Source of the DNA: Candidatus Korarchaeum sp.
GTDB taxonomy: Archaea; Korarchaeota; Korarchaeia; Korarchaeales; Korarchaeaceae
NCBI GenBank assembly: GCA_020833055.1
Contig: JAJHQZ010000001.1
Span: 301,141-365,140, forward strand
Reading direction: 5' to 3'
DNA length: 64,000 bases
Positions 63,933 through 64,000 of the stretch are shown here, in pieces; the stretch's first letter is position 1; every line of letters starts with the position of its first letter. The notes beneath the pieces were generated by a model that searched no databases, had not been told where the DNA came from, and worked only from the letters and a program-made list of their open reading frames with translations. Made by a program: the position numbers and the translations under genes.

Positions 63933-64000
63933 CCCTCTATGAATGCATCGAAGAACCTAGTATAAGCGTCTATTTTACCTTCTCCAGGCTTCATCTCTAT
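63923..64000 (-). CDS. C-terminal end of an unidentified CDS entering from the right edge
   Basis: Open frame IEMKPGEGKIDAYTRFFDAFIEGQV-stop with host-like codons, convergent on porG. Confidence 0.5.
   Translation of the reverse strand: MEMKPGEGKIDAYTRFFDAFIEGQV

Noticed and set aside
1-64000. CRISPR arrays, IS elements, integrases, proviral genes
   Set aside because: I saw no regularly spaced direct repeats, terminal inverted repeats, or transposase, recombinase or capsid motifs.
1-64000. Selenocysteine or pyrrolysine read-through and inteins
   Set aside because: I saw no conserved gene interrupted by an in-frame TGA or TAG. Rpo1, Rpo2, GlmS and the other proteins have normal lengths with no intein-like insertions.

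Overview
A gene-dense, housekeeping stretch of an archaeal chromosome. An unsplit RNA polymerase largest subunit, a fused two-unit tRNA splicing endonuclease, AGG/ATA-rich codons and GGTGA-type Shine-Dalgarno sites fit a Korarchaeota (Ca. Korarchaeum-like) genome; this assignment is an inference. It holds about 70 CDS: an RNAP/NusA/S12/S7 operon, an L3-L4-L23-L2-S19 operon, tuf-S10, TFB/TBP/Rpo12, C/D and H/ACA RNP proteins, t6A enzymes, gluconeogenesis and hexosamine enzymes, a thermosome subunit and several proteases. It also holds four intron-less tRNAs (Thr-GGT, Gly-TCC, Leu-TAG, Ser-TGA). I found four genes missing from the ORF track: a partial nog1, rpo12, rps30e and a partial CDS at the right edge. 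I saw no CRISPR array, transposase, integrase or prophage. The strongest leads are: (1) an intact but catalytically stripped GAPDH-like protein translationally coupled to pgk; (2) an RNAP whose normally near-invariant bridge helix and trigger-loop hinges are heavily substituted; (3) a kae1 gene whose essential N-terminus has no ATG/GTG/TTG and overlaps sua5 in the -1 frame; (4) an EMC6-like membrane domain fused to a large soluble domain; (5) a uS12 with PHSG in place of the PNSA decoding loop; (6) a promoter-driven structured ncRNA candidate next to tRNA-Ser; (7) a DUF4330-like plus twin Wzy-like polymerase module. Family consensus motifs are recalled from knowledge, not from a search, and need confirming by alignment.
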